In this document: piece after piece, positions 56,476-64,000 of the stretch | Layout: each line of letters opens with the position of its first letter | Numbering within the stretch: position 1 is the stretch's first letter | Assembly (NCBI GenBank): GCA_964619775.1 | Contig: CAZUFB010000001.1 | Coordinates: 13,847-77,846, forward strand | Direction of reading: 5' to 3' | Origin: an uncultured Coriobacteriaceae bacterium | GTDB lineage: Bacteria > Actinomycetota > Coriobacteriia > Coriobacteriales > UMGS124 | DNA: 64,000 nucleotides | Translations under genes and position numbers: made by a program | The notes under the pieces: generated by a model | Database searches by the model: none | What the model was told of the DNA's origin: nothing | What the model saw: the letters and a program-made list of their open reading frames with translations, nothing else

Positions 56476-57819
56476 ATGGAAAAGCTCGACCCGTTCATAG
56501 ACCTTAAGGAGCTCATCGACCGCCGCGACGGCATGAACCGCGAGCTGGCGCGCAACGGCGTGCGGTTCGGCATCTACAAGCAGGGCGAGTTCCTCGAGCA
56601 GCTGTTCCCCTACGACCCTATCCCGCGCGTCATCGGCGCCGAGGAATTCAAGCACCTCGAAAAGGGCCTCATCCAGCGCGTGGACGCGCTCAACGCCTTT
56701 CTGCGCGACATCTACTCCGACAAGGAGATCGTCCGCGACGGCATCATCCCCGAGGACTTCATCTACTCCTCGAGCGGCTACCTGCCGCAGGTCAACGGCG
56801 TCATGCCGCCGGGCGGGGTCTACGCCCACATCGCCGGCGAGGACCTTGTGCAGGCCGAGGACGGCACCTGGTACATCCTCGAGGACAACCTGCGCATCCC
56901 CTCGGGGGCGAGCTACCCGCTCATCGTGCGCGACATCGAGCGCCACGTCAGCCCCGAGATATTCCGCAAGTACGCCGTGCTTGACAACCGCGCCTACCCG
57001 GAGCTTCTGCGCGAGAGCATGGACTTCGTGGGCTGTGCGGGCGTGCCGGTGGTCCTCACGCCGGGCCGCTACAACGCCGCGTTCTTCGAGCACAGCTACC
57101 TGGCCGAGAAGACCGGTGCGAGCCTTGCCTTCCCCGACGACCTCGTCGTGGAGAACGAGAAGCTCTACTTCGTCGACTACCTCGGCGAGAAGCACCAGGT
57201 GGGTGTCGTCTACCGCCGCATCTCCGACGAGTTCCTCGACCCGTTCTACTTCAATCCCGACTCGCTTATCGGCGTGCCCAACCTCATCAGCGCCTACCGT
57301 GCGGGCAACGTGGCCATCGTCAACGCGCCGGGCAACGGCGTGGCAGACGACAAGGGCATCTACTACTTCGTCCCGGCGATGATCCACTACTATCTCAACG
57401 AGCAGCCCATCATCGAGAACGCTCCCACCTACCTGCCCATCTTCCCCGACGACATGGCCTATGTCATGGAACGGCTCGACTCGCTCGTCATCAAGGACGT
57501 CGCCGAGGCCGGCGGCTACGGCGTGGTGTTCGGCAGCAAGCTCGAGGCCGGCGAGCTGGAGCGCCTGCGCGCCTCCATCAAGGCCGAGCCGCGCCGCTTC
57601 ATAGCCCAGGAGGTCGTGGACTTCCGCTCGCTTCCCGCGGTCGACGAGGGCGGAAACCCGTGCCGCCGCATGGCCGACCTGCGCGCGTTCGTGTTGTCGG
57701 GCAAGGAGACCAAGGTCTGGCGCAGCGGCCTCACCCGCTTCTCGCGTGTGGAGGGCTCGATGGTCGTGAACTCCTCGCAGGGCGGCGGCTTCAAAGACAC
57801 CTGGGCGCTTGCGCACTAG
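56476..57819 (+). CDS. Circularly permuted ATP-grasp type 2 protein (COG2308-like)
   Basis: 447 aa. FPYDPIPRVI, LNAFLRDIY, WYILEDNLRIPSG, YRRISDEFLDP, NAPGNGVADDK and FIAQE are blocks characteristic of this family as I remember it. Confidence 0.7.
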   Translation: MEKLDPFIDLKELIDRRDGMNRELARNGVRFGIYKQGEFLEQLFPYDPIPRVIGAEEFKHLEKGLIQRVDALNAFLRDIYSDKEIVRDGIIPEDFIYSSSGYLPQVNGVMPPGGVYAHIAGEDLVQAEDGTWYILEDNLRIPSGASYPLIVRDIERHVSPEIFRKYAVLDNRAYPELLRESMDFVGCAGVPVVLTPGRYNAAFFEHSYLAEKTGASLAFPDDLVVENEKLYFVDYLGEKHQVGVVYRRISDEFLDPFYFNPDSLIGVPNLISAYRAGNVAIVNAPGNGVADDKGIYYFVPAMIHYYLNEQPIIENAPTYLPIFPDDMAYVMERLDSLVIKDVAEAGGYGVVFGSKLEAGELERLRASIKAEPRRFIAQEVVDFRSLPAVDEGGNPCRRMADLRAFVLSGKETKVWRSGLTRFSRVEGSMVVNSSQGGGFKDTWALAH

Positions 57820-57907
57820 AAGGGGAGTGCGCCTCCGAACGCGCCCGCTGCAAACCCGTGCGGCGCCTCCCGGTCGCGGCGCCGTGCATGAAAGGCAGGC
57901 TTTTCCT

Positions 57908-58639
57908 ATGGGACTCATCACCGTCAACAAAGTCGACGAGCTGTGGTGGCTCGGGCGCTACTCCGAGCGCGTCTTCACCACGCTGCGCACGTTCATCCCG
58001 TACTACGACACGTGCCTCGACCACTCGCCCGACCGCTTCCGCGTCTTCAGCGACGCGCTCGACCTCAACGCCGACATGAGCAACTTCTCGTCGTTTCTGT
58101 ACGACTTCCTCTACAACCGCTCCAACCCCAACTCGGTATGCGCGAGCATGAACGCCGCTTTCGACAACGCGGTGATGCTGCGTCCCGAGATCGGCACCGG
58201 CACGCTTGCCTACATCGAGCTCGCCCTCACCTTCCTGCGCGACTCCAAGCAGGCCGAGGAGGGGCGGCTCACCAAGCAGCGCTCGGTCTGCGACCACCTG
58301 CTCGCGTTCTGGGGTGCCCTTGAGGACGGCCGTTCCTCGGCCGAGGTCAAGGCGTTCGTGATGGCGGGCAAATACGTTGAGCGCCTCGACCTCTACTCGC
58401 GCTTCAAGCGCCCCGAGGCCGACTTCAGCGCGCCGGTGGTGCGCCTCGACTTCAACCTCGGCATCCTGCCCGAGCGCGCCCGCGGCCTGCTGGCCGGTCC
58501 CATCTCCTCGGTGGCCGACGCCGTGGCGGCGCGCGGCTACTCGGACGATCTTGCAGGTCGTGTGCGTGCGGTTGCGCCGGTGCCCGTTCTCGACGAAGAT
58601 GGCAACGTCCTGTCGGCCGGCGACGCGGTCGAGGCGTGA
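57908..58639 (+). CDS. Alpha-E domain protein (COG2307-like)
   Basis: The N-terminal VDELWWLGRYSERVFTTLR matches the conserved (W)LGRY.ER motif of alpha-E proteins. The sequence is all-helical-looking and 243 aa, shorter than I expect for the family. Confidence 0.6.
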   Translation: MGLITVNKVDELWWLGRYSERVFTTLRTFIPYYDTCLDHSPDRFRVFSDALDLNADMSNFSSFLYDFLYNRSNPNSVCASMNAAFDNAVMLRPEIGTGTLAYIELALTFLRDSKQAEEGRLTKQRSVCDHLLAFWGALEDGRSSAEVKAFVMAGKYVERLDLYSRFKRPEADFSAPVVRLDFNLGILPERARGLLAGPISSVADAVAARGYSDDLAGRVRAVAPVPVLDEDGNVLSAGDAVEA

Positions 58640-58690
58640 GGTTCTCCCACCGTCCGAAGCCGCCGTACCCGTCTGTCTCCGGAGCCGCTT

Positions 58691-59482
58691 GTGAAGAAGC
58701 TCATCGTTGACTACACCACGAGCCTTGAGTTTTCGGGGCCCGTGGTCGACCATCACTTTTTGCTGCGCTGCCTGCCGCAGGAAAACGCCCAGCAGCAGAT
58801 CCATAGCCTCACCTTCGAGATGGAGCCGCAGGCTTGGCACGCCCGCGAGTTCGACAGCTTCGGCAACCAGGTCGTCGTCGGCCACCTTATGGAACCGCAC
58901 CGGTCGTTCTCGTGGTCGGTGCGCGCCATCGCTTTCGTGGACCACGGCCATCGCAAGACGATGCCCTACAAGCCGCTCTACCGCTACCCCTCGCCGCTCA
59001 CCGTACCAGGGCCGGCGATTGACGCCCTGGTGGCCGATGTGCGGGCCGCGCTGCGCTCCAACCGCCGCGTGCAGTCGCCGCTCGAGACCGCGACCTACGC
59101 CATGGGGATGCTCTACGAGCGCTTTTCCTACGTGCCCGGCGTCACCACCGTGCGCACGACGGCCGAAAAGGCCCTCGCCGGGGGCCGGGGCGTGTGCCAG
59201 GACTACGCGCACGTCCTCATAGCCGTCTGCCGTTCGTTGGGCATCATGGCGCGCTACGTGGCGGGGCTGCTCGTGGGAGAGGGGGCCACGCACGCCTGGA
59301 TCGAGGTGTACCAGGCGGGCCGCTGGTGGGAGCTCGACCCTACGCACAACCGCCCGATCGACAGCGGCTACGTGCGCATCGCCCACGGCCGCGACTACGC
59401 CGACTGCATGCTCGACATCGGCGTGTTCCGTGGCGACGTGACGCAGACCCAGACCGTCGTGGCCAAGCTTGCCGAACAGTAG
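58691..59482 (+). CDS. Transglutaminase-like cysteine peptidase/ligase (Bact_transglu_N + TGase core)
   Basis: GTG start. The N-terminal Y.T.L.F...V..H.F.LR..P pattern (DYTTSLEFSGPVVDHHFLLRCLP). Catalytic Cys GRGVCQDYAH, His THAWIEVY and Asp WELDPTH. Confidence 0.75.
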   Translation: MKKLIVDYTTSLEFSGPVVDHHFLLRCLPQENAQQQIHSLTFEMEPQAWHAREFDSFGNQVVVGHLMEPHRSFSWSVRAIAFVDHGHRKTMPYKPLYRYPSPLTVPGPAIDALVADVRAALRSNRRVQSPLETATYAMGMLYERFSYVPGVTTVRTTAEKALAGGRGVCQDYAHVLIAVCRSLGIMARYVAGLLVGEGATHAWIEVYQAGRWWELDPTHNRPIDSGYVRIAHGRDYADCMLDIGVFRGDVTQTQTVVAKLAEQ

Positions 59483-59694
59483 GCGCGCCGCCGGGGAAAC
59501 CGCGCCCGTTCCGCCTGCCCGACACGGCGCGCCGCCGGGGAACCGTGCTTGCGCTTTTTTGCGACACCCGCCCTCGGGCGCTTGGAGCGCGCCGCGTGGG
59601 CGTGTACCCTTATAGGAGCGCATCGCCCCTGCGGCGTGTGCGCGTTCGCGGCCAACCGCAGACATAAGCCCATGCCCTTCAAGAGGAGGAAGCG

Positions 59695-60651
59695 ATGCCC
59701 AAGATCTCGCGTGAGGACGTGCGCGTCCCGCTCGACGTCATGCCCGAGTTCAAAGACGCCTATCGCGACAACTTCATGGCGGCGACCCGGGGGACCGGCC
59801 GTCTCATGCTGTTCGCCTGCGACCAGAAGTTCGAGCACCTCAACAAGGACTTCTACGGCGAGGGCATCGACATCGCCGACGCCGACCCCGAGCACCTGTT
59901 CCAGATCGCCTCGCAGGGCACCGTCGGCGTCATGGCCGCGCAGCGCGGCCTCGTGGCGCACTACGCCGAGGACTACCCTGAGGTCAACTACCTCGTGAAG
60001 ATGAACTCCAAGACCAACATCGTCAAGACCTCGCAGAGCGACCCCTATTCGCCGATGCTCTCCGACCTCGAGAACGTCCTTGACATGCGCGACGCAGGTG
60101 TGAACGTGGTAGGCGTCGGCTACACCGTCTACCTGGGCAGCGAGTACGAGGCCCAGATGGTGGAGGAGGCCGGCCAACTCATTGCGGAGGCCCACGCCAA
60201 CGGCCTGCTCGTCGTTCTTTGGATCTACCCGCGCGGCAAGGCCGTCAGCGCCGAGAAGGACGCCGACCTCATCGCCGGTGCCGCGGGCTGTGCGCTGTGC
60301 CTGGGGGCCGACTTCGTGAAGGTGAACCCCCCCAAGCCCGCCGAGGGTTGCGACGCCACCTCTGCCGAGCTGCTCAAGCAGGCCTCCACGGCGGCGGGCC
60401 GCTGCGGCCTGGTGTGCGCCGGCGGTTCCACGGTGGACGCCGAGACCTTCCTCACGCAGCTTTGGGAGCAGATCCATGTGGGCGGCGCATCCGGCAACGC
60501 AACGGGGCGCAATATCCACCAGCGCTCGCTCGACGAGGCGGTGCGCCTCACCAAGGCCATCAGCGCCATCACGCTGTCCGACTACGACGTCCAGGAGGCC
60601 ATGGACGTCTTCAAGGGCATCGACGACTTCACGCTCGCCAATATCCGTTAA
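59695..60651 (+). CDS. Class I aldolase of the DhnA/FbaB (archaeal-type fructose-bisphosphate aldolase / ADH-synthase-like) family
   Basis: LFACDQKFEH, LVKMNSKT, the Schiff-base-type GADFVKVN, GGS and GRNIHQ. AAGAGGAGG RBS. Confidence 0.6.
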   Translation: MPKISREDVRVPLDVMPEFKDAYRDNFMAATRGTGRLMLFACDQKFEHLNKDFYGEGIDIADADPEHLFQIASQGTVGVMAAQRGLVAHYAEDYPEVNYLVKMNSKTNIVKTSQSDPYSPMLSDLENVLDMRDAGVNVVGVGYTVYLGSEYEAQMVEEAGQLIAEAHANGLLVVLWIYPRGKAVSAEKDADLIAGAAGCALCLGADFVKVNPPKPAEGCDATSAELLKQASTAAGRCGLVCAGGSTVDAETFLTQLWEQIHVGGASGNATGRNIHQRSLDEAVRLTKAISAITLSDYDVQEAMDVFKGIDDFTLANIR

Positions 60652-60685
60652 GGCGGCCCGCAAAGGTATTGCGCGCCGCCTGCAG

Positions 60686-60730
60686 CGCCCCGTCCTCCCT
60701 GGAAATAAGGAGGGCGGGGCGTTTTTTGTT
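60686..60730 (+). terminator. Rho-independent terminator after the aldolase gene
   Basis: 13-bp stem CGCCCCGTCCTCC / GGAGGGCGGGGCG with one G-T wobble. 10-nt loop, then TTTTTTGTT. Confidence 0.8.
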
Positions 60731-60771
60731 ACAAGCGTATGTCATGGTACAACTATGCAAAAAAACGAATT

Positions 60772-60777
60772 TATACT
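60772..60777 (+). promoter_or_regulatory. TATACT -10-like box upstream of the ABC importer operon
   Basis: 60 nt upstream of ATG 60837, in a low-GC intergenic stretch. A palindrome ACAGCGCTGT and a repeated ACAGCGC lie just downstream (about 60786-60810). Confidence 0.3.
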
Positions 60778-60836
60778 GGAATTGTACAGCGCTGTCGTGA
60801 AACAGCGCGCCGAACGCCGAGCGAAAAGAGGTACCC

Positions 60837-61718
60837 ATGAAACGCACCAACCCGGGCGCAAACACCCTGTCGGCGCTGTCGCGTCGCTCGTTCGTCTGCC
60901 TGTCGGCTGCCGCGTCGGCCACAGCCCTCGGCGCCCTTGCGGGATGCTCCAGCGAGGAGGCGGCCGACGACGAGGACGAGGCTCAGGACGAATCCGAGTC
61001 CGACGCCGACGAAGACACCGACGCCGATCTGGGCCTCATCACCGACGGCGTGCTCACCGTGGGTTCCGACTGCGACTACCCGCCCTTCATCTGGATGGAC
61101 GGCGAGCAGCCGCAGGGGTTCGAATACGACATGCTGACGGCTATGTGCGAGCGGATGGGCCTCGAGCTCGAGTTCCTTGCGCCGCAGAACTTCGACACCC
61201 TCGTCGCCTCGGTCGCTACCGGGGGCATCATGGACGTCGCCGTCTCGTCGATCACGATCAACGATACCCGCCGCGAGGAGGTCGACTTCACCGACCCCTA
61301 CTTCGACTCGAACCTGTCGGTCTCGGTTATGGCCGACTCGGGCTACGAGAGCCTGGAAGACCTGGACGGCCTCACGGTCGCGGTGCAGTCGGGCACCACG
61401 GGCCAGGACTGGGCGAACGAGAACCTGACCTCCTGCGAGATCGTTCCCTACAACGACCAGAGCACGTGCTTCGCGGCCCTGGAGTCGGGTCGCGCCGACG
61501 CCGTCTGCATCGACCTGCCTGTCGCACAGTACATGATCAACTCCTCCTATCCCGACTGCGAGGTGCTTGAGGAGATCGCGACGGGCGAGCAGTACGGAAT
61601 TGCCGTCTCCTACGACAACCCCACCCTGCGCGACGCGCTCAACGAGGCGCTCCAGGAGATTCGCGACGACGGCACCTACGACGAGCTTTACGCCGAGTAC
61701 TTCGGCGACGAGTCGTAA
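60837..61718 (+). CDS. Amino-acid ABC transporter substrate-binding lipoprotein (family 3 SBP)
   Basis: Lipobox ALGALAGC, followed by an acidic linker. Then YPPFIWMD...GFEYDM, DVAVSSITINDTRREEVDFTDPY and AVQSGTTG. Confidence 0.8.
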   Translation: MKRTNPGANTLSALSRRSFVCLSAAASATALGALAGCSSEEAADDEDEAQDESESDADEDTDADLGLITDGVLTVGSDCDYPPFIWMDGEQPQGFEYDMLTAMCERMGLELEFLAPQNFDTLVASVATGGIMDVAVSSITINDTRREEVDFTDPYFDSNLSVSVMADSGYESLEDLDGLTVAVQSGTTGQDWANENLTSCEIVPYNDQSTCFAALESGRADAVCIDLPVAQYMINSSYPDCEVLEEIATGEQYGIAVSYDNPTLRDALNEALQEIRDDGTYDELYAEYFGDES

Positions 61719-61785
61719 GGCTGTACTGGCGCGGCATCCTTTGCAAGGGGCGCCGCGCCGCGAACGGAGAAGGGACGCCCCTACC

Positions 61786-63255
61786 ATGACCATGACCAAT
61801 CCCCCGGCGCCCGTGCGGCGCGCCGTTCGGCTGCGGTGGGTCGCGGCCTTGGTTGCCGTGGCGCTTGCGCTCGTCGCCTTCGCCGTCCCCGCGCAGGCGC
61901 TCACGACGGAAAGCACCACCGGCCGCGGGTCCGATTCGAGCGGGACCAACGTGCTCGGCGGCGTGCCCACGCGCTTCACCTGGGTGGGCTCCCTCGAGGC
62001 GGACGAGACGGTGGCGTCCCTTTCGTTTACGTTTCCCGAGGGGACGCAGACGAGCGAGAGCACCGAGGTGCGCTGCACCGTGCTTGACGGGCTCAACCGC
62101 ATCGAGGTCTCGTTCGAGGTTTCCTACGACGACAGCGGTGCCACGCTGACCTTCGACGAACCCGTGAGCGTCGAGCTGGCGGGTGAGGAGTCCGACGGCG
62201 AGGGGCTTACCCTGCGCGTCGAGATTTACAACCTCGCGCCGCCCAACGAGTCGGAGTTCTCGATGGGCGTCTCCTACGTCACCGGGGACGGCGAGGAAGT
62301 CGACGTCGGCCAGACGCCGACCGTGACCATCGTCGAGCAGGGCCTTGTCGAGCGCATCGTCACCTGGCTTGACGGGCAGGCCTGGGTCGAGGCGTGGAAC
62401 TCGAACACCTTTCTGAGGCTTTTCCTCAACCCTCAGATCGCCGTGCAGGCCGCCCCCAACCTCTTCATCGGCTGGCTGCGCGCCCTGGCCCTGGTGTGCA
62501 TCGGGTTCCCCTTGGCCATCCCGCTGGGGTTCGGCCTGGCGTTCATGCGCATGAGCAAGTTCCGCGTCGTGCGCGCCGTGGCGAGCCTCTACGTCAACGT
62601 CGTGCGCGGCACCCCGCTCTTCCTGCAGATCTACATCTACTTCTTCGGCTTCCCGCTGCTCGGCATCACCATTGACAGCTTTGTGCTCGGGTTCTGTGCG
62701 CTGGCGCTCAACTCGTCGGCATACCTGTGCGAGATATTCCGCGCGGGCATCCAGTCCATCCCCAAGGGCCAGTTCGAGGCTGCTCGCTCGCTGGGCATGA
62801 CCGCTTCGCAGACCATGTTCTCGGTCATCATCCCGCAGTCGGTGCGCCGCGTCATCCCCACCGCCACGAGCGAGTTCATCCTGCTGTACAAGGACACCTC
62901 GCTGCTTGCCTCGGTGGGCGTCATGGAGCTCATGATGTTCTCGCGCTCGCTGACCTCGACCACGGGCAACATCACGCCCTACATCGTGGCCGCGTGCTAC
63001 TACCTCGTTGTGACGCTTCCCCTCACCCGGCTCATCGGATCGCTCGAGAAGAAGCTCGCGGTGCGCGACGGTGCGCGTCCCGACGGCGCCGCCGGCGCGG
63101 AGGAGGCCGGCAAGTCGGTCGACCTTGCGGTGGCCGCCGCCCAGACCGGAGACGTGACTCCCGTCGTCATCCAGAACGAAGCCGAGGAGAGGGCGGCGCA
63201 CGCTGTGCGCCCCGAGGCCGAAAACCCCGGCAAGACCGCACAGGAGGCGAGGTAG
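61786..63255 (+). CDS. Amino-acid ABC transporter permease (HisM/GlnP type) with about 200-aa N-terminal extracytoplasmic extension
   Basis: The C-terminal 60% carries the permease core, including the EAA-type loop IPKGQFEAARSLGMTASQTMFSVIIPQ. The N-terminus has a signal-anchor (RWVAALVAVALALVAFAVPAQA), then a Thr/Ser/Glu/Val-rich beta-looking domain. The track ORF is trimmed to ATG 61786. Confidence 0.75.
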   Translation: MTMTNPPAPVRRAVRLRWVAALVAVALALVAFAVPAQALTTESTTGRGSDSSGTNVLGGVPTRFTWVGSLEADETVASLSFTFPEGTQTSESTEVRCTVLDGLNRIEVSFEVSYDDSGATLTFDEPVSVELAGEESDGEGLTLRVEIYNLAPPNESEFSMGVSYVTGDGEEVDVGQTPTVTIVEQGLVERIVTWLDGQAWVEAWNSNTFLRLFLNPQIAVQAAPNLFIGWLRALALVCIGFPLAIPLGFGLAFMRMSKFRVVRAVASLYVNVVRGTPLFLQIYIYFFGFPLLGITIDSFVLGFCALALNSSAYLCEIFRAGIQSIPKGQFEAARSLGMTASQTMFSVIIPQSVRRVIPTATSEFILLYKDTSLLASVGVMELMMFSRSLTSTTGNITPYIVAACYYLVVTLPLTRLIGSLEKKLAVRDGARPDGAAGAEEAGKSVDLAVAAAQTGDVTPVVIQNEAEERAAHAVRPEAENPGKTAQEAR

Positions 63256-64000
63256 ATGGCAAACGTCGAACAGGCCGACCGCCCCGTGGTCCGCATCGAG
63301 GGCCTGCACAAGAGCTATGGCGCGACCGAGGTCCTCAAAGGCATCGACCTCGAGGTCGACCGAGGCGAGGTCGTCGTGGTGCTGGGGCCGTCGGGGTCGG
63401 GAAAGTCGACGATGCTGCGGTGCGTGAACCGCCTCGAGACCCCCACGTCGGGGCGGATCTGGTTCGAGGACACCGAGATAACCTCGCCTAAGACCAACAT
63501 CAACAAGGTGCGCGAGCACGTGGGCATGGTGTTCCAGTCGTTCAACCTCTTCCCGCACCTCACGGCCAAGAAGAACATCATGCTCGCCCAGCGCAAGGTG
63601 CTCAAGCGGTCGAAGGAGGAGGCCGAGGCCGTCGCCCTCAAGCAGCTTGCCCGCGTGGGCCTCGCCGAGCGTGCCGACTACCTGCCCGCACAGCTCTCGG
63701 GTGGCCAGCAGCAGCGCGTCGCCATCGCACGCGCCTTGGCGATGGATCCGCATGTCATGCTGTTCGACGAGGCGACGAGCGCGCTCGACCCCGAGCTTGT
63801 GCGCGGCGTCCTCGACGTCATGCGCGAACTTGCCCGGGGCGGCATGACGATGATGGTCGTGACCCACGAGATGGGCTTTGCGCGCGACGTCGCCGACCGC
63901 GTCGTCTTTATGGACGGCGGCGTCGTCGTGGAGCAGGGCACGCCGTCCAAGGTGTTCGACAGTCCTGAGTCCGAACGTACCAGAAGCTTTTTGGGGGACA
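63256..64000 (+). CDS. Amino-acid ABC transporter ATP-binding protein (GlnQ-like), 3'-truncated by the window end
   Basis: My own translation, since no stop is reached and it is absent from the track. [22 protein letters not shown], Walker [25 protein letters not shown] and Walker [15 protein letters not shown] follows directly after the permease stop. Confidence 0.85.
   Translation, partial: MANVEQADRPVVRIEGLHKSYGATEVLKGIDLEVDRGEVVVVLGPSGSGKSTMLRCVNRLETPTSGRIWFEDTEITSPKTNINKVREHVGMVFQSFNLFPHLTAKKNIMLAQRKVLKRSKEEAEAVALKQLARVGLAERADYLPAQLSGGQQQRVAIARALAMDPHVMLFDEATSALDPELVRGVLDVMRELARGGMTMMVVTHEMGFARDVADRVVFMDGGVVVEQGTPSKVFDSPESERTRSFLGD

Overview
GC-rich, gene-dense chromosomal segment with about 50 protein-coding genes. 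There are no rRNA or tRNA genes, CRISPR arrays, transposases or integrases. The gene content (a membrane-anchored LuxR regulator paired with a Tat-exported flavin reductase, type II dehydroquinase, family II pyrophosphatase) looks like an anaerobic high-GC Actinomycetota genome of the Coriobacteriia/Eggerthellaceae type. That taxonomic call is inference from content only. Most long alternate-frame and antisense ORFs in the track are GC-driven shadow ORFs, and I re-picked starts using RBS motifs and N-terminal homology.

Housekeeping content:
- YtrA-type GntR plus ABC exporter operon.
- pcrA/uvrD, ppaC, queH, queA and tgt.
- A complete one-strand shikimate/aromatic supraoperon: aroF-tyrA-aroB::aroA-aroC-pheA-aroE::aroK-aroQ.
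- pyrE, ilvE, secD-secF-recJ-rel, and an amino-acid ABC importer.

Most interesting observations:
1. A LytTR two-component locus (14.4-17.9 kb) in which the AgrC-like kinase appears split. Two paralogous sensor+DHp proteins keep the phospho-acceptor His but have no ATPase domain. They are followed by a GHKL-domain protein whose canonical acceptor position is Glu. The two sensor genes also share a 143-bp, 142/143-identical 3' block.
2. A 1224-aa single ORF fusing RecJ (DHH/DHHA1/OB), a HIRAN domain and a RecQ-type helicase core.
3. An uncharacterised triad of circularly permuted ATP-grasp, alpha-E and transglutaminase-like proteins.
4. A MoxR-DUF58-transglutaminase operon with a poly-acidic insert.
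5. A HemN/HemW-like protein lacking the CxxxCxxC radical-SAM motif.
6. A fused tandem U32 protein divergent from tgt.
7. An orphan BY-kinase module.

All functional calls are motif-level readings of the supplied translations. No database search was run.
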